DNA from: Gordius albopunctatus
Lineage: Eukaryota
NCBI GenBank assembly: GCA_964276515.1
Contig: OZ193909.1
Coordinates: 4,836,001-4,900,000, forward strand
DNA length: 64,000 nucleotides
Direction: 5' to 3'
The notes beneath the pieces are model-generated. The model had not been told where the DNA came from and did no database searches. It worked only from the letters and a program-made list of their open reading frames with translations. The translations under genes and the position numbers were made by a program. Positions 26,001-51,202 of the stretch are shown here, in pieces; positions within the stretch are counted from its first letter, which is position 1; every line of letters begins with the position of its first letter.

Positions 26001-29000
26001 AACTTGCGAATAATAATATAAAGTTATTTTAAGAATAAAACCTTTTTTTAACTTCATAAAATTAAACCCATGTAATAATTTGTCGAAATGATTAAACGAT
26101 ATATGATTTTTATTCAAAAAAAGCTGATCAGAAAAAAGCTAATAAACCAATAGGAACATTCGGCAATTTCGACGTATAGTGCATACAATCTAATGTAAAT
26201 TTAGGAATATTTGACAATTTCTGCATATAGTGCAGAATATCTAATTGAGAATTTAAACGTATTCTCCCGCAATTGAGATTTAACCTTCTAACGGAAGTTT
26301 TCCCACCATTTTGAATATCCAATTTTTGAATATCTATACTATTTTTAGATATCTTATTAATAAATCTAATTATTAGATCTTATTTTTAAAAATCCTATTT
26401 TTGAATATCTAACCCATTTTTATATATACGATATTTAAATTTTATTTTCAAATTTGCTATGCGACATACTCCTGATAAGACATCAAGTACATTTTAGGGT
26501 CTAGATTTTTTATTAGCTTTTTTCTGATCACCTTTTTTTTGAACAGAAACGCGATATGTATAAATCATATGGATAGGCTATGATAGAAATTAAAAAGTTT
26601 GACATGGAAGGAGCAATATATATGCACGTGCTATTTGTATATCATCAATCTATTAGCCGACCCAGCAACAACCTACACCCACCAACAGCAATCTCAATCG
26701 TGGAAGCAGTCCCGTCAAACCACTCAATAAGGCCCATGTCCTGCAAACTTCGTCCCCTCTCAAGGGCAACAAAGAGGGCGGCGGTAGATTGAACAGTAGT
26801 TACATGAGTTTAGAGGAGGAGGAAGACGACGACCAGGACGAAAGTTCGGCCAAGCTCAAAATTGTGCTAGAACCGCTGGAAAATGAAATCAAGCCAAAGA
26901 AAGAAAATTCTCGAAATTCCCACGACGAAGGTAAAAAGGAGGGTAGTGGGAGTGACGGAGAGGAGGAGGAAGACGATAGGGCAACGTATATGGGTATGGG
27001 ATCGGTGTTGGGCATGCTGACTGCCCCCTCTTCTAATAATAACAAGGAACAGCAGGGAGACGACGAGGAGGAAGACGATAGGGCAACGTATATGGGTATG
27101 GGATCGGTGTTGGGCATGCTGACTGCCCCCTCTTCTAATAATAACAAGGAACAGCAGGGAGACGACGAGGAGGAAGACGATAGGGCAACGTATATGGGTA
27201 TGGGATCGGTGTTGGGTATGCTGACTGCCCCCTCTTCTAATAATAACAACGAGCTGCAGAGCAAAGTGGAAACGAGTATGTTTTGAAATAACTATAATTG
27301 AAATTAGTAGGAGTCGATGTTGTTTTATAAAGAGCATTAATAAGGGATGGTAGTCTGAGGCGAATATTTGTGTTTTCATTAAAAACCTCCTACTAGTGTT
27401 GTAAAACCGGCAGGGTTTTGTTCGATCGACTAAATGAAATACTACCTCCTACATAGGTGTATATTTGTTTTTATTAGTTCAAAAAAAGAGTTGCTTCAAT
27501 TTTTTTAAGCTTACTCAATATTAAGGGTAAAAAATTGTGGTATTATACAGTTGTATTAAAATAATTGCATAGGTAAAAAGGCGACGTATGACAAAGAATA
27601 TCCGAGATCGGAAGGCGGAAATTGGCATCACAAGGACTCTCGCTGCGATAGACGCGGTGACGAAGTATATTATAATTTCTTTTTGAAAATTAGTTTTCAC
27701 GATTTTTCTATTATTGTCTTTTACGTCGGTTACAATATTTATTATTTTATGGGAAAAAATATCACTATTAAATATTTTATAAATACATTTTTTTCTTTTA
27801 TTTCAATGCTAGGATTGGGGTGATGGAGGAAATTATGATGGTAGGAATCACGATAGGAGGAGGGGAGGAGGGGGTGGTGGTGCGAGGGGAAATAATAAGT
27901 ACGCTTCTTACAACAACAACCAAGGTCAATCCGATAACTATCATCAACAACCCAGGCGAGGTCGAGGGGGCCCGAGAGGTCGGGGTCGAGGTTTTAACAG
28001 GAAAAATAACGACGGGGACGGAGGTACCAACAGGGGACGTTGGCAAGGGAATAAACGTTTTCAACAGACCCACCACCACCACCACTCCGGAACCGACAAT
28101 AGCTATCAAGAGGAATATTACAAAAATAATGGTGAAGAAGGGGATTATAACACAAAGAATTACAGCGGCGGCAGCAACAACACTAGAGGAGGAGGAATGG
28201 GTAGGGGTGGACAAGGATTCAACCCTAGGGGGGGAGGACGACCCATGGCTCCCAATACTTATATGGGAGTCATGAACAATCAAGTTCCCCCGCAGCATAA
28301 CCCTATGTACCAGACTCCCGCTATGCTCCCCATCCCCTTTAACCCTAACCCCTATAATCCCAATTTTATGATGAACACATTTGGTATGAACCCGTACCAA
28401 CAACAGCCTCAACCACAACATGTCCCCCCCTCTTTGCTCGAACCTTCTTCTCTCGCCGATCAGTACCCAAAACCTCCTCAACGGGAAGTCTCACCACCCG
28501 AGAAACATGTCCCTGCCGTTGTTAATCCGCAACCTCTCATGCGCAAGGGAGATCCCCGTTCTTACCACTCCCACAATGAAATGAAGTGCAATAATCCGGT
28601 TCCCATTGTTAAGGCGTGGATTTTGCGAGCCATAACGGGTTTGTGCCAAAAACGTCGATATCAAAGACCTGCCAACGAAATTCTCGAGCTAGACGGGAAG
28701 TTAATCGATCCACGGACCCGGCATCCTAACTACAAAGATGCCCTCAACAAAAACCCTTCAAACCCTGACAGAGGTAAAAACCTGCTTATAATATGTGTAG
28801 TCTAATATATTTTTACAACTCTGGGTGATAATTAGTTTATTTCACTATAATTATGTTTTAATCAAGCCAAAAAATTTTCAATTTAAAAATACACTTTAAT
28901 ATCCGTAAAGCTTAGATAGTTGTGGTCGATAAAAATCAATATTTATACAAATAAACGCAAAATTTCATGCGATTTCGTTTGATTCAGCTTCCCGAAATAC

Positions 29001-30141
29001 CCACCTCGATCACGCAAAAGATGCCCTACACGTAGTAGCACCAAAATCTCAGGGCGGAGAAGGGAGCGATCCCAGGATAAGGAGAGATCCTCGACTATCT
29101 AGAAGTTCCCTAACGCCCATACAAAATAATATCGAGTACCGCGAACATTCACACGAAACCGAATATCTCCCTTACCCCGATAACCATAGTAACAAGAGTC
29201 CTCCCCCCAACTACACATCCCCTAACCATCATAATCTCAACAATCATCATAGGAAAGGATCGGCGGTCAATAGTGCTTTGGAAAGAGGTAATAACACTCC
29301 GGATCATTCTAGCACCGTTCTTTCTCCTTCACCTAAATTGGAAGGAGCACTAAACACCACCATAGCCAAGGAAATTGTCATTCAACCCTTCTCCCAACTC
29401 TTGGGAGTTAATCCCCTTAAAGACGAAGTGGGGGAAAACAAACTAACCCCTTCATTAATACCCCCGGCGGGAGGAATCACCTTGTTGCAAAATCTTCCAC
29501 TTTCAGCCAAAACTCTTCCTTCCATATCCGGCTTCAAAATACCCAAAAAACATAAACCGGCCGCCCCCATATTAGCTAAAGGCAACGGCGAAAAAGCTGT
29601 CTCCCAGCTTGCGAGCAGCGATAATAACGACGTGGACCCCAGTGGCTCCAGCTCGAAAACCAAATTAAACATCTCACAATACCGGGCTCGATTGGGTAGC
29701 TTAAGCACCGTTTTGACGACCGTCAAAGGAAATGACGATAACGCCATAGTTAATAATGTACAAGCCCTTGAATCTTCACCGAGCAAATGTTTTGTTGACA
29801 GAAACCTTAAAGAATCGGTGTTTGGGATTTTGGGGGAAAGTAACGAACCAACCGCCCCTAAGACGGAACAAGCTATAGTGCAAGAACGAGTAGATGAGGA
29901 CGACGATGTAATTTTCGAAAAATCTATAGATTCTCACAGGGATTCAACGATTGGCGGCAGCAGCAATATATTTGCTACGGGCTCGGTGTTGAACAATCTA
30001 AAGGTCGAAAACGTGTTTAAAAATGGCGATAACATATTTAACATGTATCAGGAGGAGGTAGAAGATGGGGCAGGAGGTGATGAGGCCATTAATAAAAATA
30101 TCGAAGATGTTAGTTTAGGGGATGATGATAGTAACAAATGA
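20100..30141 (+). CDS. Triple CCCH zinc-finger protein, ZC3H4/ZC3H6/suppressor-of-sable family, about 14 exons
   Basis: N-terminal DVEEGEI motif. Fingers across exons at 22741-22998, 23351-23462 and 23958-24067: [63 protein letters not shown]. RGG-rich segments and C-terminal DPR motifs; last exon 28988-30141. Boundaries of low-complexity exons are less certain. Confidence 0.85.
22249..22416. mobile_element. hAT-type MITE in an intron of the ZC3H4-like gene
   Basis: TIRs CATGGGCGTAGCCA / TGGCTACTCCCATG; degenerate 8-bp TSD CCTTTAAC/TCTGTAAC. Confidence 0.75.
26963..27250 (+). repeat. Coding tandem repeat, 102-bp (34-aa) unit, about 2.8 copies
   Basis: GACGATAGGG recurs at 26972, 27074 and 27176; the unit encodes EEEDDRATYMGMGSVLGMLTAPSSNNNKEQQGDD; copies are almost identical. 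Confidence 0.97.
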
Positions 30142-30482
30142 AATGAAGTCGCTCTAGTCCAAGAGCAGAGAGCCCATATATAGATACATATTACACACAC
30201 CTATATGTATACATACTTACCTATATATATCTAACAATTATATACGCTGTATATTATGTTTAACGCGAGAAATTAGAAACTTTGCCCTTTTTTATATACT
30301 ATACATAATAAAAAGTATCATTCTTTTACGCCTAAAATCGGTGAATGTACGCTCAAATAAGTGAATTTATTCAAACCAAAAAGGGGGAAATGTGTTAAAA
30401 ATTGGGCTAACAAAAAAATCGTATTTCAAAACAAAAAAGTATGTTTTAGGAAGCGCGATCACGTTTGGAGCAAGCGAAATCT

Positions 30483-43076
<12,594 letters not shown>

Positions 43077-43992
43077 ATTTATTGAATTTAGCCTAACGCG
43101 TAACAGTTGTTAGTAATAAGAGTCAAAATGATCCAAAAATTTATGATTCTAAATGCCATATTCAGATATATAAGATTTAACTTAAAGCTTACTCAAACTA
43201 AATAATATGGCACTAGATTGTAAAGGGCCTAGATTAATGTGTTTGGTGATTTTTTAAGAAAATTTGTTGACTGGGAATTTGTGTAGTAATGGAGTGCAAT
43301 TATAAAATTGTTTGGTAGTTAGCTTTCGAGAAGAAAAAGGCCTTTTTAAAATCTAATTGAATTTTGTGATTGCAGAATTGTAAACATAGATGGGAGTTAT
43401 TAAAGCAAATTAAAAAGCAATGAGTTAGTTGTCCAGAAACAAATCATAGCATAGAGTTTCTTAATTATTAGCATCGGCCCTCCCTATTTTGGGAAATATT
43501 ATTATTTCTTACAGTTTTATATTATGTCCGTTATCATACGCCTAGCAAAAAAGTATACCAATGCCATCTCTGACAAACATCTTCGATATACATTCTTCCA
43601 TAATGTTAAAAATTTTATGAATTAAATATTACTCATACTCTCTAATTATCATTAAGCATTAAACCGCCTATTTGATATTAATTAGTGTATTCCAAAGCCT
43701 GCCTTGTTCGTCATTTAGTACCAAATTATCAAACAAAAGTTTTTTTAAATTTAATATATTTATTTTTAATATAATAAATTGATAGCATAGGCATTACTTT
43801 TCAATGATACAACGCTATCGCAATTTTCGAATGTTTACCTCGCATATGATTTTTATAGTTGTTTATAGTTTCATTTAATAAAAAATTTTATTACAAAAAA
43901 AGCACATTTAAACGGAAAGTCTTTATAGCTATTTAAACTAATTTTTCTTTGTATGTTTATTTTATATAATTAGGAAAAGTTAATAATATAAT

Positions 43993-44882
43993 CTACAAAT
44001 AGTTCCCTTCGTAGACGTGGAGCGTTACATATAATTGAAAAATTTCTTGGTTGATGTAAAATATGTGTAAGGAATGTTCGTACTACTAACCAGTTTTTTC
44101 CCGTCTACCGTGGTTATTAGTGAGGTGGCCGAGGTGTGAGTTGTGTATGTGTGATGTTGTTGTGCTATCCAATATATTAATAAGATACCTGGTGCGGGAA
44201 TTGCAATCGGTCATCAACTAAACAGATAAACGGTGATGCGAACGTTGGTAGTAGGTGTTATTGTTTTTGCCGAGCGCAGTCTTTGCTCGTTGCAAGAGGC
44301 CATGTGGTTTTGGTTATGATCTGATGTGTTTTGTGATGGGCCATGCGCAAAGGAGTGGACGGGCGTTTGGCAGACGTTGTTGTTGAGAATTTAGAGATGT
44401 AGTAGAGCATCCTGGTTTTCCTCGTAGAAACACACAGGTAGGTAGGCAACTTGTCACAGCAGCCAGACACGTATGGCTAGAGGTGTTGAGAGGTTGAAGT
44501 TGGTTGTTGCAGCCCGATCGTGGATGCTGGATTGACAAAAATAGTGCCTAATATCTGCGTTTCACTATTTTAACAAAAAAAACCAAGACGCCGTTACTTA
44601 AGGGCGTATTCAGGGAGAGGTTAAAAAATATATGGCTCCCCCAAACGGGGTCACCAATTCAAATTAAGTATTTTAGTTTATTACAAATAAAAAAAGCGAA
44701 AGTTAGTAAAAAGTGTTTTAAACTCCTTTATATAATCGCGAATTAATTGAATAAATCAATTACATTTAGCGGTGAATCCGCGAGGTATATGTGATTGGTC
44801 AATTAACGTCTCGAAGTAGTAAGGTAATGTAAATGAGTCAATTGACGTCGCAAGGTAGTAAGGTAATGGATACAACACTACA
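43993..44882 (-). mobile_element. TRIM-like non-autonomous LTR element with the 3' LTR truncated
   Basis: Colinear with 57773-58583. 5' LTR ~44658-44882, PBS 44646-44656, PPT next to a residual TGTAG at 43993-43997. Confidence 0.85.
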
Positions 44883-45242
44883 CACCAATTTTTAATTTAT
44901 TAATTTTTTTTCGAACGTCTTAGTAATCAAGTACGTCTTTTATTAATAAATTTAAAAGATTTTATTGATATTACTATCATTGGAAGTTAGATTTACAATT
45001 TTTCCGAGTTAGTTTGACTGAAACGATATAGACATCTTGGTGTGTTATCATGGCAAATAAATTTTTTAAATAAAATTCATAAAAAATTGAGTAAAATTGA
45101 GCATACGCGTTAGTTTTAATTGCTTAATTTTGTAATGCATTAATCTTTAATTTCTGTTAACTAAAATCCAACCCCGCGCCTATGTAAATGGTGTAGTGTT
45201 AAACAATATTTACATACTGACACGGACAAATTAAGTTTGGTG

Positions 45243-47150
45243 AACTGGTTGATCCTGCCAGTAGTCATATGCTTGTCTCAAAGATTAAGCATGCATGTAT
45301 AAGTATAAACTAACTTAAAGTGAAACCGTAAATGGCTCATTAAATCAGTTATGGTTTATTAGATCGTACAACCCACATGGATAACTGTGGTAATTATAGA
45401 GCTAATACATGCTAAAAAGTTGAATCGCGAGGTCCGACCGCTTTTATTAGAACAAAAACTAACGTTTTTGGTGACTCTGGATAACTTTGTGCCGTAACGG
45501 CGACGTATCTTTCAAATGTCTGCCTTATCAACTGTCGATAGTAGGTTATGTGCCTACAATGGTCGTAACGGGTAACGGCGAATCAGGGTTCGATTCCGGA
45601 GAGGGAGCCCAAGAAACGGCTACCACATCCAGGGAAGGCAGCAGGCGCACAAATTACCAACTCTCGGCACTGGGAGGTAGTGACGATAAATAACAATGCA
45701 GGTCTCTTTCGAGACCCTGTAATTATAATGAGATGACTTTAAATCCTTTAACGAGGATCTATTGAAGGTCAAGTCTGCTGCTAGCAGCCGCGGTAATTCC
45801 AGCTCCAAAAGCGTATATTAAAGTCGTTGCAGTTAAAAAGCTCGTAGTTGGATCTCGGGTAACGGTGGGAAGCCCGCTTAAGCGCGATCGTTCCCAGTCC
45901 GACCTATTATTCGCCCTCCCCTCGATTCTCATTACTGAATGTCTTGGGTAGACGGAACTTTTACTTTGAAAAAATTAGAGTGCTTAAAGCAGGCTCGAAG
46001 CCTCGAATATCGATGCATGGAATAGGACCTCGGTTCTATTTTGTTGGTTTTCGGAAACGGGAAACCGAGGTAATGATTAAGAGGAACGGCGGGGGCATCC
46101 GTACTATGGGGCTAGAGGTGAAATTCTTGGACCGCCGCAAGACGAATGACTGCGAAAGCATTTGCTAAGAATTTTTTCATTAATCAAGAACGAAAGTCAG
46201 AGGTTCGAAGGCGATCAGATACCGCCGTAGTTCTGACCATAAACGATGCCGACCGGTAATTTACTGTGGATCTTTTTACGACCCAGTAAGCGACCTTCGG
46301 GAAACCAAAGTTTTTGGGTTGCGGAAGAAGTATGGTTGCAAAGCTGAAACTTAAAGGAATTGACGGAAGGGGACCACCAGGAGTGGAGCCTGCGGCTTAA
46401 TTTGACTAAACACGGGAAAACTCACCCGGCCAGGACACTGTAAGGATTGACAGATTGATAGCTCTTTCTCGATTCAGTGGGTGGTGGTTAGAGCCATGCA
46501 AAATGAAATTTCTTCTGCCCGAGCCCGCCCCGACTTTTCAATTTTTATTTTGCCCGAGCCCGGCCCGAAAGATTTTTTTATTTTTGGCCCGACACGAGCC
46601 CGATTTTTCAAATAAAATTTTCCAAAAATTATATTTTTAAAATTTTTTTCATCATCTAAATATAAAATGCATTAGATTTTTATTACTCGTAATTTACAAC
46701 TAGGATAAGTTTGAGATAAAAAATCCATTTCCATTCGTTAAAATATATTCAGCTAATAATTTAAAGCTAAACATTTAGCTTTATAAAATGTATTTTTTAT
46801 AGTTCCAAATGAAAAACTTTTTGAAATATTTACTTATCTTATTTCTAAAGTTGTTTAAAATAATAGAATAAGATTTTCATTTCAGGTCAGTTATATTATA
46901 AGACAAGGGGAAAAACTGAAGTTTGAGAGCTATATAATGTACGCTGTGCCAAGATATTGAATTTATTTAAACCCTATTTTATAAAAGATTAATTTGCTTT
47001 AATTTAATTCGGGCAGTGCTCGGGCCTCGGGTCGGGGTGCCACATAAGGCCCGACCCGAGCCCCGATTATTTTATAAAATTTTGCCCGAGTCTGGCCCGA
47101 TCGGGCGGCCCGTGCAGGGCTCTAGTGGTGGTGCATGGCCGTTCTTAGTT
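45243..47150 (+). pseudogene. Orphan, 3'-truncated 18S rRNA pseudogene interrupted by a MITE
   Basis: Starts AACTGGTTGATCCTGCCAGTAGTCATATGCTTGTCTCAAAG, contains CAGCAGCCGCGGTAATTCCAGC and AAACTTAAAGGAATTGACGG, and stops at GCATGGCCGTTCTTAGTT. Universally conserved positions are mutated (GCTGCTAGCAGCC for GGTGCCAGCAGCC; TTTGACTAAAC for TTTGACTCAAC). No 5.8S or 28S follows. Confidence 0.95.
46489..47124. mobile_element. 636-bp hAT MITE inserted in the 18S copy
   Basis: TIRs TAGAGCCATGCA / TGCAGGGCTCTA, perfect 8-bp TSD GTGGTGGT, subterminal GCCCGA repeats. Small relatives lie at ~30681-30818 and 52030-52145. Confidence 0.95.
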
Positions 47151-47596
47151 TTGTTTTGTGGATAAAACCGTTAAACGATGCTTTTAGCTTCTGAGGTTCG
47201 GGTTTCGCCCGCAAAAATGGGAGGTGGCAACAGTAAAGAGGTGGGAGTATTCTTATCGGAATCTCGGGAGGTGTGGTCTTTGCAGAGGCATAATTCAGAC
47301 TATATCGATCATCGCCGGTTCGCCGTTGAGGGGCCTTTACCTCTCAGTGGTTGAAATGAAACGTCACCGATGACCAATGAATATAGCACTTATGGCGCAT
47401 AAGGGGGCGAATTAGTTTTTACAGCCCAGGTTATCTCTTAAGTGCTCCGTTAAAGACGTTGAGTCGCCCCGCTCATCGTCGGGCTGATGGAGAGAGGGGG
47501 GGGGCATCGATGGTCAAACCCGCTTTGGCAGGGCTGGCTCGGAGTTCTTGTTGCATATTTAGTCGCTTAATCAGACATTGGGTAATATAGAGATCC

Positions 47597-50500
47597 TAGT
47601 GATGGGAAAACCTCAGGTTTTGCCGACGCAACCTAATAGGTTAGGTTGGGCTTTCCAAAAAACCTTGACCTCTTTAGAAACGCTAAAACCTGCCTCAAGG
47701 TTAGAGGTCAAAATTAACCTAAAAACCTCGAGGTCAATTAGAAGCTTAAAGCTTAGGTCAGAGCGTAAAATTAACCTAAACGCTTAGGTTAATAAATATT
47801 GACCTAGCCCAAGCTAAACCTTTAGGTTAATTTAATTCACCTAAGGTCAATATCTTTTTTTAATATACCGTAAAATTTCAACTTAACAGCGGTCTTTTAG
47901 CACCTTGTCTACTATATTTTTTACATATATAATTAATAATAGAAATTTTACAATTTATTCCAATTAAAAGTAAGGCAAATTAAACTAAAAATATAATATA
48001 ATTTTAATCTATTTGATTTCTTTAATTCTTAAGAAAAAAATTGCGATTTGTGTTTTTAATACATACCTACCTCTATCGAGTGTTTTATTTTTAATTGCCA
48101 CCATTTTGTAACATATTCCTTTTGTGTGCCATGTAGCGTGACCCCACGGCCCCACTCAACACTAAGCTAAATAAAATTGCGCCATACACATAATACCATA
48201 TGTGTTTCATGTATTGTATTCTACATGGATCACCTACTAGTAGTTTCGTTTCCGTTGTAACTTCCGCCTGTGCACATGTTTTAGCATGCTTACCTAAGAT
48301 GATAAAGAACTAACCCTAACATCATAATAATGTCTTCCCCAAATAATTCTATTCAAATATTTCCAACTCAACCTGATTTAACAATCCTTCAAGTAATATA
48401 TTTTTTTTAATATTATGTTTGGAACTAAATTTTAAAATGTGTACTATATTCTTATCAATTGAATGATCCTAATGACAATTTGCAGAGTACCCCAAATAAA
48501 TCGAACAAGAATGTGGCTAGAAAAAGTTGCTACATTTGGACCCCAACCAAATCTAGGAAAAAGTGTACTCGCTGTCCTAAGCATTTCAATCAAAAGACAT
48601 CAACTAGTATGCTATTTTAACGAATTTGAATTATTCTAATATCACGGGACAGTTTCACTATTTTCTAAATTCAATCGATAGGTAATATACAACGACACTT
48701 CAAAATCGCCCATGGTGACATTGATGCGGACATCGGAAAAGAACAAAGTCTGTATAATGAAACCCTCAAAACTGACCAACTGGATATTATCAATAAAAAT
48801 ATCATAAATTTAGTAATTTGCGAAAATTTAACGATTAAAATCTTCGACTCACCTCATCTAAAAAATATTCTACGTTACTTTAATTCTACCGTCACAATAT
48901 GGTGCAAAAAAACTGCGAGTAAAGAGCTAGAGAAACTTTTTGAAATCGAACATAAAGAACTCAAACATTCTAGCCACTCTTCAATCAAAGATTGCCATTA
49001 CGACGGACTTATGGACGTCGGTAAAAAACACATCCTTCATGGCCGTAACGGCCCATTATATTAATGACTCTTGTAAGCCTAAATCACTTTTGTTGGATAT
49101 AGTAGAAGTATGCCACCCCTATACTGCAAATATCCTTTATCATCAATTATCGAATGTCTTTGAAGAATACGGGATAACGGAGAAAATAGGATCAATTACA
49201 ACAGACAACGCCGCAAACGAAATCGGCGCTGTTAACCTATTTAGAAACTCCATGAAAACTGTTGTATATCATCGAAGATGTGCTTGTCACATAATCAACC
49301 TCGTGGTAAAGGATGGTTTATCGGTGATTGAAGGGCCGCTCGAGAAAATGTATATTCTCGTAAGAACCATGAAAAGATCTCCTTCTTTAAGCGAGGAGTA
49401 TTCAAAATTGGCAAAGACAAAGATCCCCCAGCCGAATAACACACGTTGGAATTCAACGTACTTGATGTTGGCTGAGGCTAATAAAGTATATTAAATCTAA
49501 TATTTTTTAGTTTAATTTTTAACTAGAATGTGGCCTGTCTCAATATTATCGCTGATAAAAACATTGGGGATAAGAGCCTAATGTTTTCCACCGAAGAAAT
49601 CAGCCTGCTCAAGGATGCGTAGGATCTTTTAAAAAATTTCTATGCGATCACAGTGGATATGAGTTGCCAGTCGAACAATACAGTTGGCTCGGTGCTCTTA
49701 TATTTTGAAGATATGTTGGAAGATCTTGAACTCCAAAAAATTAATAACGCTAATCCAATTATTCTTGCCTCGGTCGATAAAATGATTAGAAAATTAAAGA
49801 ATTACATGCCATATCTAACTTGTTTTGAAAATTATGCTTGCTCATTTCTCGACCCTAGGATGAATGAAAACTTAATTCCAACAGTTTTAAAAAGCACGTC
49901 ATTTTCTGATCAGTTCTACGACCTTTTTAAAAATGAATACGCAATAGGCGTAAACCAAGGTTCCTCCATTAAATGCTCCCATTTAAACCGAATTGCCCTA
50001 AAAAATCGTAACATATTAATTTTTGACCTAAAATATTTGATTATTTTAGGCTTGACGCCAATCCTAACAACTTCAACTTAGAAAATGACGAAGTCCTGAA
50101 ATATTCTCAAAAGTCACGAATATCGATTGATAGCGATCCCTATGCATGGTGGGCTGGAAATGCAAGTGAATTACCTAATCTTGCAATTATGGCCAGATCC
50201 TTTTCGGCGCAGCAAGCGTCCTCAGTGGCCGCCGAAAGAATATTTTCCAAAGCAGGAGATATTTTAACAAAAAAACGATCTCGGATGTCTTCCGGGACTT
50301 TTAAACATATATTATGTTTAAACAATTGGCGGATAAATTTACATTGATATTTATGCTTAGTAAAATTGAAATTTATGTTACGCATAAAAACTATTTTATT
50401 GCATAGATATATTCAATATATATTATAACAGAATAAAATTGGTATAAAAAAATCTCAAGAGTTATTGCTACAAAAATTTTGGAAAAATAATTTGTTAATT

Positions 50501-51202
50501 TTTACACAGCATTTAATATTTCGACTTCCGGTACCGACCGAGAGATTTTTGCAAAGTAAAACTTAATAATTGCATTATGACGTATGGTATTTCAAACTTT
50601 TATTAATAAGTAATATTACATACAAAACAATATTAGGTTGTGTTAGGGTGTGTTGGGGTGTATTAGGTAACCTAAGACACCCCAAGTATTAGGTTGTGTT
50701 GGGGAATGGGGTGGGGGTAGGTAGGGTAGTATATAACATATGCATTAGCATGCACGAGAACGAGATAAAATCAGGGATGGCATGGCGAATTTAATTACAA
50801 GCTAGATGGGGCTAAAACAATAACCCAATATTGTTTTTTAATTAATTTACCCCAAGATTATATTATGAAATTAAATGAATAATAATAAAAATCATTTTCT
50901 ATTTACTATAAATTAAAATATTTAAAAAAAATTCATTTCTTCATTAAAAAATAAATATATTAATATCTAAAAAATATAATACTCTTATTTCACCCCTATA
51001 CTTCAAAACATTAGCCCCAGGTCAACCTAACCCCAACCCCGGGTTAAGGTTTGGGTGTATAAAATCCTTAAGGTTTTTAAGGTCTTTTTGGGGTTCCACC
51101 CCAGTTTTGGGTTAGGGAATCTGAAGGACCTTAAAGATCTTTTTCCAACCTTAACCCAAAACCCACCTCGGGAAAACCCAACCTAGGTTTTGATCACCAC
51201 TA
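47597..51202 (+). mobile_element. Near full-length hAT (Ac-like) transposon
   Basis: Imperfect TIRs TAGTGATGGGAAAACC / GGTTTTGATCACCACTA and AACCT/AGGTT subterminal arrays enclose a transposase; no TSD found. Confidence 0.75.
48330..50347 (+). pseudogene. Intron-containing hAT transposase with a few inactivating lesions
   Basis: BED finger CTRC..STSNIQRHFKIAH spans intron 48607-48681. Motifs ITTDLWT, ITTDNAAN, RCACHIINLVV, TRWNSTYLML, FLDPR and dimerization domain WW..LPNLA.MAR..ASSVAAERIFSKAG. Introns 49486-49526 and 50008-50049. In-frame TAG at 49620; frameshifts near 48940 and 50005. Confidence 0.92.

Noticed and set aside
26963..27250. 102-bp repeats as a CRISPR array
   Set aside because: Head-to-tail in-frame coding repeats with no spacers.
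26800..29786. Long antisense or alternate-frame ORFs over the ZC3H4-like exons (26800-27264, 26867-27379, 27798-28481, 27820-28275, 29382-29786)
   Set aside because: Shadows of low-complexity, GC-richer coding exons; no recognisable domains.
45487..46168. ORFs 45487-45693, 45620-45808 and 45944-46168
   Set aside because: Incidental frames within the 18S rDNA sequence.
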